Counted from the stretch's first letter, positions 7,776 through 16,702 are shown. The stretch: DNA of 32,000 bases from Geotalea uraniireducens Rf4 (GCF_000016745.1 NC_009483.1:240001-272000); one strand, 5' to 3'. Numbers and translations are program-made. The notes: generated by a model from the sequence alone, not told the origin.

Positions 7776-8738
7776 ATGGAAGCATTATTGCGGAATATGG
7801 TTCTGATAATGTTTGTGTGGCTGATGCTGGCGGGGGTCTGCCTTGGCAAGCAGGTCTATATGACGGATGGCGGCATCATAGATTGCGAATCCATCTGGCG
7901 GCGGGGCGGCCAGGTTATTGTCAAGGTGAACCGGGACATTGTCGTCGATTTTGAACGGAGCGAAATAGATTTAAAACGGACCTTCCCCGAAGCCAAGAAA
8001 AACCCCCATCGCGTCCTACGAAAAAAAACTGCCCGCGCTGTTGTGCCACCCAGCGCTACGGCACTGGCTGCCGCAGCGCCAACGATTCCCGTTACGGCGG
8101 CGCCTCCTGCGCCAGCAGCAAATCCGGTCCGGCCACAAGCAGCTGCTCCGGCACTCGCAGCAAAACCGGTTCCGTCTCCTGCTCCCGCCCCCGCGCCGGA
8201 GGCGAAAGAACCAGTTCAGCCTGAATCGGCTCAATCCGCTTCCGCAGATCCTTCTTTGCCCCCTGACAAAGCAGAGATGGAGCGTCGGAGTCGGCAAGCT
8301 GCGGAAATGATGGCCGAGGCAATACAGAAGAAAGATCCCGAACTGTTAAAAAAGGCCATTGAGGCTCAGAAGAGCGCCATGCCGCAAAACAGGGCAGAAA
8401 CTGCGGGAAGGAGCCTCAGATACCTGCTCCTCCTGCTGGCCGTTTCCCTCCTGATTGTTGTTTCCATGTGGGTCGTATTCGAAAAGGCAGGTCAATCAGG
8501 CGTTCTAAGCATTATACCGATTTACAACATGTACGTCCTGATGGAAATATCCGGCAAGCCCGGATGGTGGCTGGTCCTGCTGTTCATCCCCGTTGTCGGC
8601 TTTGTGTTCCTTCTCCTGGCCATGCTCGCTCTGGCCGAAAAATTTGGCAGAGGCGCATTGTTCGGCCTTGGGCTATTCTTTTTGCCGATGTTCTTTTTCC
8701 CGATGCTTGCCTTTGGCGGTTCGCAGTATGAGGGGTAA
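7776..8738 (+). CDS. Membrane protein with signal/anchor, small N-terminal domain, Pro/Ala-rich linker and C-terminal DUF5684-like multi-TM domain
   Basis: 320 aa with a GGGAGGG RBS. The C-terminal MWVVFEKAGQSGVLSIIPIYNMYVLMEISGKPGWWLVLLFIPVVGFVF...FGLGLFFLPMFFFPMLAFGGSQY matches the DUF5684 pattern as I recall it. Confidence 0.7.
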   Translation: MEALLRNMVLIMFVWLMLAGVCLGKQVYMTDGGIIDCESIWRRGGQVIVKVNRDIVVDFERSEIDLKRTFPEAKKNPHRVLRKKTARAVVPPSATALAAAAPTIPVTAAPPAPAANPVRPQAAAPALAAKPVPSPAPAPAPEAKEPVQPESAQSASADPSLPPDKAEMERRSRQAAEMMAEAIQKKDPELLKKAIEAQKSAMPQNRAETAGRSLRYLLLLLAVSLLIVVSMWVVFEKAGQSGVLSIIPIYNMYVLMEISGKPGWWLVLLFIPVVGFVFLLLAMLALAEKFGRGALFGLGLFFLPMFFFPMLAFGGSQYEG

Positions 8739-8806
8739 GAGGCAAAAGCGGGGAAACAAAATCTACGAATATATAGAAAAATAATCTCACTCCATAGGAG
8801 CCCCCA

Positions 8807-9748
8807 ATGCCCGATCCCCGCATTCAGAAAGCACTCCGCGCCCTCTCGGACAACATCGAACAAGTAATCGTCGGTAAAAAGGAGGTGATCGACCTGGCGA
8901 TCATTACCCTCCTTTGCCGCGGCCACCTCCTCATCGAGGACGTTCCAGGCCTCGGCAAGACCATGCTTGCCCGTGCCATCGCCGGCTCGTTGTCGCTGGA
9001 CTTCAAGAGGGTCCAGTTCACCCCCGACCTGCTGCCGTCGGACGTGACCGGCGTCTCCATCTACAACCAGAAGAGCGGCGAGTTCGACTTCCGTCCCGGG
9101 CCGGTCTTCACCAACCTCCTCCTGGCGGACGAGATCAACCGGGCGACCCCCCGCACCCAGTCGAGCCTCCTGGAGTCCATGGAGGAGCGGCAGGTGACTA
9201 CCGATGGCACTACCCGGCCGCTGCCGCCGGTGTTCATGGTGGTAGCCACCCAGAACCCCATCGAACTGCAGGGAACCTATCCGCTCCCAGAGGCTCAGCT
9301 CGACCGGTTTTTCATGCGGGTGAGTGTTGGCTATCCGGCCCGTAACGAGGAGGTGCGGGTGATGGAGATGCAGATCCGCGAGCACCCGATCCATGGCATC
9401 AAGCCGGTTCTCACCGAAGAACACGTGCGCTTCATGCAGAATGCGGTGACCGAGGCGCATATCGACCGCTCGCTCCTCGCCTACATCGTCGACATCGTCA
9501 ATGCTACCCGTAAGCACCCGGAACTTCAGGTCGGGGCGAGCCCGCGAGGCTCTCTCTCCCTCATGCGGGCGGCCCAGGCGATGGTTCTCTTGCGCGGCAT
9601 GGAGTTCGTGGAGCCGACGGTGATCAAGACCCTCGCCCGTCACGTCCTCACCCACCGCTTGATCGTCAAGCCCCAGGCGCGCCTGAAAGGGTTGACCGAG
9701 GCCAAGGTGGTGGAGGAGATCCTCCAGGGAATACCTGCCCCGGTATGA
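8807..9748 (+). CDS. MoxR-family AAA+ ATPase
   Basis: 313 aa. Walker A is EDVPGLGKTMLARA and Walker B is LLADEINRATPRTQSSLLE. Also has VVATQNP and the MoxR C-terminal lid (GASPRGSLSLMRAAQA). Confidence 0.92.
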   Translation: MPDPRIQKALRALSDNIEQVIVGKKEVIDLAIITLLCRGHLLIEDVPGLGKTMLARAIAGSLSLDFKRVQFTPDLLPSDVTGVSIYNQKSGEFDFRPGPVFTNLLLADEINRATPRTQSSLLESMEERQVTTDGTTRPLPPVFMVVATQNPIELQGTYPLPEAQLDRFFMRVSVGYPARNEEVRVMEMQIREHPIHGIKPVLTEEHVRFMQNAVTEAHIDRSLLAYIVDIVNATRKHPELQVGASPRGSLSLMRAAQAMVLLRGMEFVEPTVIKTLARHVLTHRLIVKPQARLKGLTEAKVVEEILQGIPAPV

Positions 9749-10983
9749 GCGGATTGGAACGCTTGCTCACCCGGCGCAACGCCCTTCTCGTCCTGGCGGC
9801 GGTATTCTTCCTCATCGCCTGGAACCGGGAGGTGAACCTCCTCTACGGCATGTTCGCCCTGGTTAGCGCCACCGTCATCGTTGCCGTCATTCTCCCCCGT
9901 TTTGCCCTCAAAGGTATCGAGGTGTGCCGCATGCTTCCGACCGCGGCATTCGAGGGGGAGGAGATCGAGGTCTGCGTCACCATGGCCAACCGGGGACGGG
10001 CCTCACGCTTCATGGTGGAGGCAGTGGATGCCGTTCCCGCCGCCGCTCCCCACGAGCGGGAGCCGCTGGTCTTTGCCGGCAGGCTGGTGGGGCGGGCGCA
10101 GCGCAATTTCAGCTACCGGCTTGTCTGCTACAAACGTGGCCTTTATACGGTCGGTCCGCTCCGGCTCCGCTCCGCCTATCCCTTGGGAATAGCCTGGTCG
10201 GAGCGGGAAGGGGACCCGTCCCTCCACACCCTCCTCGTCTATCCGTTCATGTTCGAGATCGCCTCCTTTCCCCTCATTGCGACTGGAACCCTCGTGACGA
10301 GCGGCATGGAGTCCCTGGCACGGGCGGGGGGGAGTGACGACTTCTTCGGCACGCGCGAGTACCGCCAGGGGGACAGTCTGCGCCATATCCACTGGCCCTC
10401 CACGGCACGACATGACCGGCTCATCGTCAAAGAGTTCGAGGTACGCGTTTCGGCGGAGACGACCCTTCTTCTCGATCTCCACCGTGATGCTGATGTGGGG
10501 GAGGAGCGGGAATCGACCCTGGAATACGGGGTGCGGATCGTCGCATCCGTTGCCGGCTATGCCCTGGAAAGGGGGCATACGGTGCAGCTGGCCGGCTTTG
10601 GCAAGGGGTCCCATGTGGTCCCGCCGGGGAGAGGCAGGCACCACCTGGCACAGCTGCTCGATGCGCTGGCTCGGGTGGAAAGCGATGGCCGTATTCCCTA
10701 CCATGAAGCCATCGTCCGCGCTGCCGACCTTATGCGGGACGGGAGCACGGCGGTCCTCTTTTTCTCCGGCGGCGAATCGCTCGAAGATTATCTCTATCCC
10801 CTCGGTCTTCTTCGGGCAAAACGGGTGCGGCCGGTGGCGGTCTTCTTCGACCGGGCGAGCTTCTCCGGCGAATTCTCTTTCTCCCGGCCGGCAGAAGATC
10901 CGCTCCCCCGGGAGCTCTTCGCCATGGGGGCACCGGTCTATTTCGTGGCCAGGGGCAGCGATCTGCGGGAGGTGTTTGCATGA
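9745..10983 (+). CDS. DUF58 domain protein (vWA-like fold), the usual MoxR partner
   Basis: 412 aa. ATGA overlap with the moxR-like stop. Two N-terminal TM helices. Signature REYRQGDSLRHIHWPSTARHDRLIVKEFE. Confidence 0.88.
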   Translation: MSGLERLLTRRNALLVLAAVFFLIAWNREVNLLYGMFALVSATVIVAVILPRFALKGIEVCRMLPTAAFEGEEIEVCVTMANRGRASRFMVEAVDAVPAAAPHEREPLVFAGRLVGRAQRNFSYRLVCYKRGLYTVGPLRLRSAYPLGIAWSEREGDPSLHTLLVYPFMFEIASFPLIATGTLVTSGMESLARAGGSDDFFGTREYRQGDSLRHIHWPSTARHDRLIVKEFEVRVSAETTLLLDLHRDADVGEERESTLEYGVRIVASVAGYALERGHTVQLAGFGKGSHVVPPGRGRHHLAQLLDALARVESDGRIPYHEAIVRAADLMRDGSTAVLFFSGGESLEDYLYPLGLLRAKRVRPVAVFFDRASFSGEFSFSRPAEDPLPRELFAMGAPVYFVARGSDLREVFA

Positions 10984-13271
10984 CGGAGCGCATCCAGTAC
11001 CCCCCCGTTTACCTGGGGATATACTTTCTCCTCATGACTGCCGTGACGGCTGCCATGTGCGCCGTAGCGCCGCCGCTCCAGGCTATTGCCTACACCCTCT
11101 TCTGGGGGGGTGTCTATGGCGCCGGCCTCTATTTCTGCCGCAGGTTCGGTGAGGACAACGAGGAGCGATTCCAGCAGCTCGCCAACGGCGGCGCCGGACT
11201 CGCCCTTGTTCTCTTTTTCGGCGGCTTCGCCTTTTCCGGCGTCGAGACGGGACTCATCCTGCTGCTCCTCACCCTCCAGGCGGGGCGCAACCTGGTTCTC
11301 GCCACCCGCCGCGACCTGAACTTCGCCTGCCTGATTTCCCTCGTTCTCCTCCTCTACGCAGCCGGGAAGGCAATGGAGGGGTACTTCATCGCATTTATCG
11401 TTCTCTATGCCCTGGCGGGAATGTTCACCTTCATGACCGATCACATCGATGCCCGCCTCACCCATGCCCATGGCGGGGATCGGGATCTCCTCAGCCGACG
11501 GATGAACCTGCCGGTGAAGGGAATCGGCTTGGCGCTACTCACCCTTGCACTCGCTTTCGGTATCTACCTGCTGGTGCCGCGGCCACCGTCACCCCGGGTG
11601 CAGGCATTCCCGGCATCGAGTAACTGGAACTACGATAACCGTCACTGGGAAGAAGAGGCAAAGATGCCGCGCCAGGATGGCCAAGGGCAAAACGACGATG
11701 GCAACGGGGAGTCCGACATGAGCCGCCGCCAACTGGTCGAAGCATCCCAAGGACAGGTTAACTCTTCCGAGTACGGCGGGTTTCAAAACAGGTTCGACGT
11801 CGCGGAAGTCGGGGAGTGCGCCCTCCGCCCCGATACGGTGGTTCTCTATCTCCAGGCGGACAACCCTCTCTATGCAAGGGGCAAGGTATTCGACACCTTT
11901 GACGGCCGCCGCTGGGAGGATAGCGGCGCCGGCGCCGAGAAACACTATAACCGGGATGGCCGGTTTACCTTCGGCGCAAAGCCTCAACCCGGCGATACGC
12001 TCCAGGTCTTCACCGTACGCCAGGATCTCCCGCCGTTCATCTTCGCCGCCTACCAGCCGATCCTCGTCTCCTTTCCGGGGAACGTGATCGAGACCGACGG
12101 CGCCCTTGCCCTGCGCGCTCCTGCCCGGCTCCGCAAGGGAACCATATACTCCGTAGCCTCCCACCTGGAGGAGGTGGACAAGCATCCCTGCAGCGGGGCG
12201 TCCATGGCCGGTGATGATGGGTGGACGCCGGACGGCCGTTATCTTGCCCTCTATCCCGATATCTCCGAGCGCTTGCGCGCACTTGCCAGCGACATGGCCA
12301 AGGGGGCCACGGATGACCTCGGACGGGCGAAGGCAGTGGAAGCCTACCTGCGGGATAACTTCGCCTATACCCGCGATACCATGGGGGTCAAATGGAGCGG
12401 CAATCCTGTGGAGCAGTTTCTCTTCGACCTGAAGGCCGGGCATTGCGAGTTGTTCGCCTCCTCCATGGTGGTCATCCTGCGCACCCTCCACATCCCGGCC
12501 CGGCTCGTCACCGGTTTCTACGTCAACCGCTACAACCCGGTCACCGGCTACTACGAGGTGCGGGAGTCGGACGGCCATGCCTGGGTGGAGGCATACCTGG
12601 AGCCGCACGGCTGGGTCACTTTCGAGCCGACCTCCAGCTTCGAGCTGCCGAAGCGAAGCCAGCGGCTCTTCGTTGCCACCGGGCTGGTCCGTTATCTGGG
12701 CGACCGCGCCGAAAACCTGATCCGCAAGCACCGGCATTCCTGGTGGACACAGCTTCTGCAAAAGATCTGGACGGTACTGCTTAAGCTCTGGCTGGCCCTC
12801 ATGGCCACCCTCGCAATGATGAAATTGGCCTGTCTTTCCCTCTGGTTCTGGTTTCTCCGGGTGGGGTGGATGCTTATTCTGCTACTCCTCGCCGCCGCTG
12901 GCGGGGGCTGGTACCTGTGGCGCTATTTCGAGCCGGCCTGGCGTCTCGCGCGGCTGCGCCGGGCCCGCGATGGGGACCCGCAGCGTTTTCTGCGCCTCTG
13001 CTACCGGGAGATGGAGCGGCACTTTGCCGCACGGGGAGTAGCACGGGCACCACATGTCACGCCGCTGGAGTACGAGCTACTCCTCGCCAAGCGCTTTAAA
13101 TTCCTGTCTGATCAAGTTGCTGCCATTACCCGTCTCTTCCAGCAAGCCGCCTACGGCTCCGCGCTGGTCGCTGCCGCCGATGCGGAGGAGGCATTTCGGG
13201 CGTTTGAGGAGATACAGCGGTGGAAGAGTCCAACCCATAGGGATGGGAAATTCTATGCAGAAAATGATTGA
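10980..13271 (+). CDS. Polytopic membrane transglutaminase-like protein with a DUF4129-like C-terminus
   Basis: 763 aa. ATGA overlap with the DUF58 stop. N-terminal multi-TM region. Transglutaminase core GHCELFASSMVVILRTLHIPARLVTGFY...SDGHAWVEAYL...GWVTFEPT. C-terminal TM segment plus a TPLEYELLL-type DUF4129 segment. Confidence 0.88.
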   Translation: MTERIQYPPVYLGIYFLLMTAVTAAMCAVAPPLQAIAYTLFWGGVYGAGLYFCRRFGEDNEERFQQLANGGAGLALVLFFGGFAFSGVETGLILLLLTLQAGRNLVLATRRDLNFACLISLVLLLYAAGKAMEGYFIAFIVLYALAGMFTFMTDHIDARLTHAHGGDRDLLSRRMNLPVKGIGLALLTLALAFGIYLLVPRPPSPRVQAFPASSNWNYDNRHWEEEAKMPRQDGQGQNDDGNGESDMSRRQLVEASQGQVNSSEYGGFQNRFDVAEVGECALRPDTVVLYLQADNPLYARGKVFDTFDGRRWEDSGAGAEKHYNRDGRFTFGAKPQPGDTLQVFTVRQDLPPFIFAAYQPILVSFPGNVIETDGALALRAPARLRKGTIYSVASHLEEVDKHPCSGASMAGDDGWTPDGRYLALYPDISERLRALASDMAKGATDDLGRAKAVEAYLRDNFAYTRDTMGVKWSGNPVEQFLFDLKAGHCELFASSMVVILRTLHIPARLVTGFYVNRYNPVTGYYEVRESDGHAWVEAYLEPHGWVTFEPTSSFELPKRSQRLFVATGLVRYLGDRAENLIRKHRHSWWTQLLQKIWTVLLKLWLALMATLAMMKLACLSLWFWFLRVGWMLILLLLAAAGGGWYLWRYFEPAWRLARLRRARDGDPQRFLRLCYREMERHFAARGVARAPHVTPLEYELLLAKRFKFLSDQVAAITRLFQQAAYGSALVAAADAEEAFRAFEEIQRWKSPTHRDGKFYAEND

Positions 13272-13549
13272 TGGGTATTCAACATGAAAACGACAGAAAA
13301 GTTGAAAAAGGAAGTCACGGACTTAATAGGCGGCGCCCCTTGCATGGGGGAGGGGAAGCCGCCGGCCTTTAGAGGCTTATGGCGTTGACACCGCGACATG
13401 TTAAGGTGTATTTTTGTCCATCAAACGGCTGTTATCAGTCGTGTAGCCACGGTGCACCATATCTGATAAGATGTCTATGTTCGTGCGCATAATTGATAAC
13501 TCATCAACTCCGACAATTGAATTCAAAGTGATGATAGGACGACCAAAGC

Positions 13550-14416
13550 ATGAAGATACAATGCCCGAATTGTAAGATTAGCGGCCAGATCAGTGATGCT
13601 AAGGTTCCCGCGGAGGGAATCATGATGAACTGTCCGAAATGCAAGACCCCCTTCCGGGTGAAGAGGGATGCAGCATCCGGGTGGCAGAGCGGCGACTGCA
13701 TGAGCATCTGCCCGGGGTGCCATTACTCTACGTTTTCCGATGAAACGTTCGATATCTGCCCGAAATGCGGGCTCGTGGCCAGGGAATACAACGCGAAACT
13801 CCGGGACAAGAGTCAGCGTGAGGAGCGGATGCGGGAGGAGGAACGGCTCCGCCTCGAAGAGGAGAAGGCGTTCCGCAAATACGGAATAATTGAAGACGTG
13901 CCCAAAGCCCAGGCCGAAGCACCGGCCGTGGCCGACATCCCACCGGCGATCCAGTTTGCCGGCTGGACAGTCGTTGCCGTTGCGCTCCTGTTGCTGATCT
14001 TTGGCTGCAAGGGGTTGTACGCCTTCTACGCCGTGAGCAGCATGGAAGCTGCCGATCCGGCAACCCTCGAAGAGCCGCGTACGACGGCGGCGCTTTTTCT
14101 CGAATTCGGCCTTTTGCCTGCGTTTCAGATTGTGTTCGGTGCGGTTGCGTTGGTCGCCGGGTCACAGTTCCTGAAACTTCGCGCCTGGGCGCGCAATGCC
14201 TTGGAATGGGCTGCCTGGGCCGGGCTGGTATTCATGAGCGGTTATGAGCTTTTCAACCTCGTGGCCTGGATCAGGCGGTCATCGAGTACTCCCACCATCT
14301 CTTATTATGCGGTCGGCATCTTGAGCGCACTCGGCATGCTGGCGGTCTGGATCGCGCCACTCCTCTTCCTTATCCGGTTTCTGCGCGGGAGCACGGTAAA
14401 AAAAGCCGTTGTGTAA
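13550..14416 (+). CDS. Double zinc-ribbon (MJ0042-type) membrane protein
   Basis: 288 aa. MKIQCPNCK...NCPKCKTPFRV matches the MJ0042-family finger. A second CPGC...CPKCG ribbon follows, then a charged REEERMREEERLRLEEEK helix and about four C-terminal TM helices. Confidence 0.75.
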   Translation: MKIQCPNCKISGQISDAKVPAEGIMMNCPKCKTPFRVKRDAASGWQSGDCMSICPGCHYSTFSDETFDICPKCGLVAREYNAKLRDKSQREERMREEERLRLEEEKAFRKYGIIEDVPKAQAEAPAVADIPPAIQFAGWTVVAVALLLLIFGCKGLYAFYAVSSMEAADPATLEEPRTTAALFLEFGLLPAFQIVFGAVALVAGSQFLKLRAWARNALEWAAWAGLVFMSGYELFNLVAWIRRSSSTPTISYYAVGILSALGMLAVWIAPLLFLIRFLRGSTVKKAVV

Positions 14417-14444
14417 AGGAACGACAGCAGATACCCCAGTTTTG

Positions 14445-14567
14445 TTCCAATTCCAAATCAAGGCGATATCTTCGTTGGCTCGTTTTCGGCTCCTCAACGT
14501 ACTATCTGTACGCCTTCGTCGCCTCACTCCTCGCCGCCTTGATTTCATCCTTGATTTGAAATTGGAA
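14445..14567. repeat. Long-range inverted repeat between convergent genes
   Basis: TTCCAATTCCAAATCAAGG (14445-14463) versus CCTTGATTTGAAATTGGAA (14549-14567) is complementary at 18/19 positions. A second partial partner, CGCCTTGATTT (14535-14545), is perfectly complementary to 14455-14465. Confidence 0.6.
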
Positions 14568-16004
14568 TTACAGGTAGGGGGAGAAGAGTTTTGCCATCCC
14601 GTCCCGGATCTTTTCCGGAATGCTCCTGGCGTTATCGACCTCGGTGAGCGTGACTTCCCTTGATTCAGCCACAGCCGCGGCAAATTTGTCCGCCAGTTGC
14701 CGCGCAAGCTCCCCGTCATACACCTCCAGGTTAAGCTCGAAGTTCAGCCTCAGGCTGCGCGGGTCCAGGTTTGCCGAGCCGATCAGACTCCAGATGTTGT
14801 CCACCAATAGCAGCTTGGTATGGACGAAAGGTGGCGGCTGATAATAGACTTTTATGCCCTGCTGCAGGAGCTCCCAGAGGTAAGCCCTGCCGGCCCAGTG
14901 GACAAAGGGGAGGTTGTTCAGCGACGGCAGCACCAGGGTTACTTCAACCCCGCGCAGTGCGGTAGTGACCAGGGCAGAGATCAGCGGACGGTCGGGGATG
15001 AAGTAGGGGGTCATGATCTGCACCCTCTCTCTGGCGCAGGAAAGCGCCCCCATGATGATCCAGTTGAGCTTCCTGAATTCCTTGTCCGGTCCGTCGCTTA
15101 CAGCCCTGACCAGCGCTCCCCCCGCCGGGGAGATGGTGGGGAAAAACCGCTTGTCTTTGACGAGTTCGCCGGTGACAAAGTACCAGTCTTCTAGAAAGGT
15201 CCGTTGCAGGTCGCTTACCACCTGTCCCTCGACCATGAAGTGCATGTCTTTAACAACCGGTGGTCCGCTGTCTCTCTTCACCATATGCCGGTCGCCGATG
15301 TTCATTCCGCCGGTAAAGCCCCTTGAGCCGTCCACGACGAGGATCTTCCGGTGGTTGCGCAGATTTACGTATCCACCCTGTCGGAGCGGGAGAAAGCGGC
15401 CGACCCTTACCTTTGAGCCTTTCAGAAGTTTGCGCGCGGTGGGGCGGGAGTACTTTTCACCGAGGCTGTCGATAATGATGCGCACCTCCACGCCTCTTGC
15501 CGCAGCGTCTTTCAGGGCTTTCACAAATCTGCGCCCTGTCGGGTCTCCGTCGAATATGTAGGTGCTCAGGTTTATCGAATGGGTTGCATGGTTTATTGCA
15601 TCGAGCATGGCGGGATAGGCAGACTCACCGTTTTCCAGCGGTGTGAGTCGGTTGCCCGGAACGAGTAGAGTGCTGACTACCCGGTCGGAGAGGGAGCGGA
15701 GTTCGTTCAGGTATTTCGCTTCCGGGGGGAGGGTGCTTGCCGCTTGCCGGGTATTTCGGGGGGAAAAGTTTTCCCACCCTGCCAGACGCCGGCCGCTCTC
15801 CAGCCACTGGCGCGCCTTGCGGGAGATGCGGTTTACTCCCATGCTCCAATAGAGCAGTGGGCCGAAGAGGGGGAGGGTCAGGCAGACGATGATCCATCCC
15901 AGCGCGGAACGGGGGTCCCGCTTCAACAGCAGGGCGTGGCCCGCTGAAAGAAGCGCAAGGGCAGTCAGCGAGCAGAAGAAAAGTCCCTGTAAAACGTGAT
16001 CCAA
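14568..16004 (-). CDS. cls: Cardiolipin synthase (PLD superfamily)
   Basis: 478 aa. TTG start preceded by GAGGAGG. Two N-terminal TM helices. Two HKD motifs (HRKILVVDGSRGFTGGMNIGD and HTKLLLVDNIWSLIGSANLD). Confidence 0.92.
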   Translation of the reverse strand: MDHVLQGLFFCSLTALALLSAGHALLLKRDPRSALGWIIVCLTLPLFGPLLYWSMGVNRISRKARQWLESGRRLAGWENFSPRNTRQAASTLPPEAKYLNELRSLSDRVVSTLLVPGNRLTPLENGESAYPAMLDAINHATHSINLSTYIFDGDPTGRRFVKALKDAAARGVEVRIIIDSLGEKYSRPTARKLLKGSKVRVGRFLPLRQGGYVNLRNHRKILVVDGSRGFTGGMNIGDRHMVKRDSGPPVVKDMHFMVEGQVVSDLQRTFLEDWYFVTGELVKDKRFFPTISPAGGALVRAVSDGPDKEFRKLNWIIMGALSCARERVQIMTPYFIPDRPLISALVTTALRGVEVTLVLPSLNNLPFVHWAGRAYLWELLQQGIKVYYQPPPFVHTKLLLVDNIWSLIGSANLDPRSLRLNFELNLEVYDGELARQLADKFAAAVAESREVTLTEVDNARSIPEKIRDGMAKLFSPYL

Positions 16005-16099
16005 ACCGCCTCCTCAGGCATTATACCATGGGCCGGGAGTCATCAATATTATCATAAAAAAGGGAATGACGAAAGCGCCACCCCCTGTCAACACCCGAT

Positions 16100-16660
16100 T
16101 TAGAGAAGGCTGTATGGCTGAGCCCGCTTGACCCATTCGCTGTCCGGATAATCGGACGCGAGTTTTTCGTAGGCTTCCTTCAGTGGCTTGGCGTCGTGGC
16201 TGCTTTTGAAGCGGCAGACACCGCGCAGGTAGACCGCTTCCGGTGCGGCTGCGCTTTTCGAATAGCTGGACAATATCTCATCCAGGTGGAGTATTGCGTC
16301 GTTAAACTGCTCCGTGTCGAAATCGGTCTTTCCCATCCCCAGCAGCAGTGAGGGGACCAGCTCGTCGGGTGGGAGGAATCCGACGGTCCGGTGATGTTCC
16401 CTGCCGTAGTAATCCAGTGAAACCAGGGTGGGGGTCCACATGACCTTGAACTCGGTGGAGAGCGGCTGGGCATCAGCGGGGACCCGCAACGGCACAATTT
16501 TCCGGTCGATGAAATCTATGACTTTTGCATTGGGATACGTGACCGCATCCATCTGTTTGCAGCCGATTCAGCCGGGGTTGAAGAAATCGAGGAGTATCGT
16601 CCGTTTTTCGGCTTGTCCCCGGGCAAGGGCCTTGCTCATTTCCGTTTCCCATTTAATCAT
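16100..16660 (-). CDS. Thioredoxin-fold protein with probable selenocysteine (UxxC) at codon 31
   Basis: The track ORF 16100..16552 continues in frame upstream through TGA (16570-16568) to ATG 16660, which is preceded by GGAGG (16672-16668) at 7-nt spacing. The N-terminus reads MIKWETEMSKALARGQAEKRTILLDFFNPG-U-IGCKQMD, which resembles the LVDF..WCxxCKxM thioredoxin-like motif with Sec replacing the first Cys. Confidence 0.75.
16533..16550 (-). promoter_or_regulatory. Candidate bacterial SECIS hairpin
   Basis: The minus-strand sequence GGAUGCG-GUCA-CGUAUCC forms a 7-bp stem including one G-U pair. It starts 17 nt after the UGA, and the apical region contains GGUC as in E. coli fdhF. Confidence 0.55.
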
Positions 16661-16702
16661 GGCCAGACCTCCGTGGAAAAGAATAAAGACATCCTGAGTC
16701 TA

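Noticed and set aside
7490-7849. 119-aa minus-strand ORF
   Set aside because: It covers the riboswitch, its terminator and the start of the downstream gene. It is explained by the RNA element instead.
8040-8230. Low-complexity GC-rich stretch resembling a DNA repeat
   Set aside because: It encodes the Pro/Ala-rich linker of the 7776..8738 protein. No exact tandem repeat unit was found.
13284-13388. 34-aa ORF (MKTTEKLKKEVTDLIGGAPCMGEGKPPAFRGLWR) in the 278-nt gap after the transglutaminase gene
   Set aside because: There is no Shine-Dalgarno sequence and no recognisable motif, and it overlaps a GC-rich hairpin (GGCGGC...GCCGCC). The evidence is insufficient.
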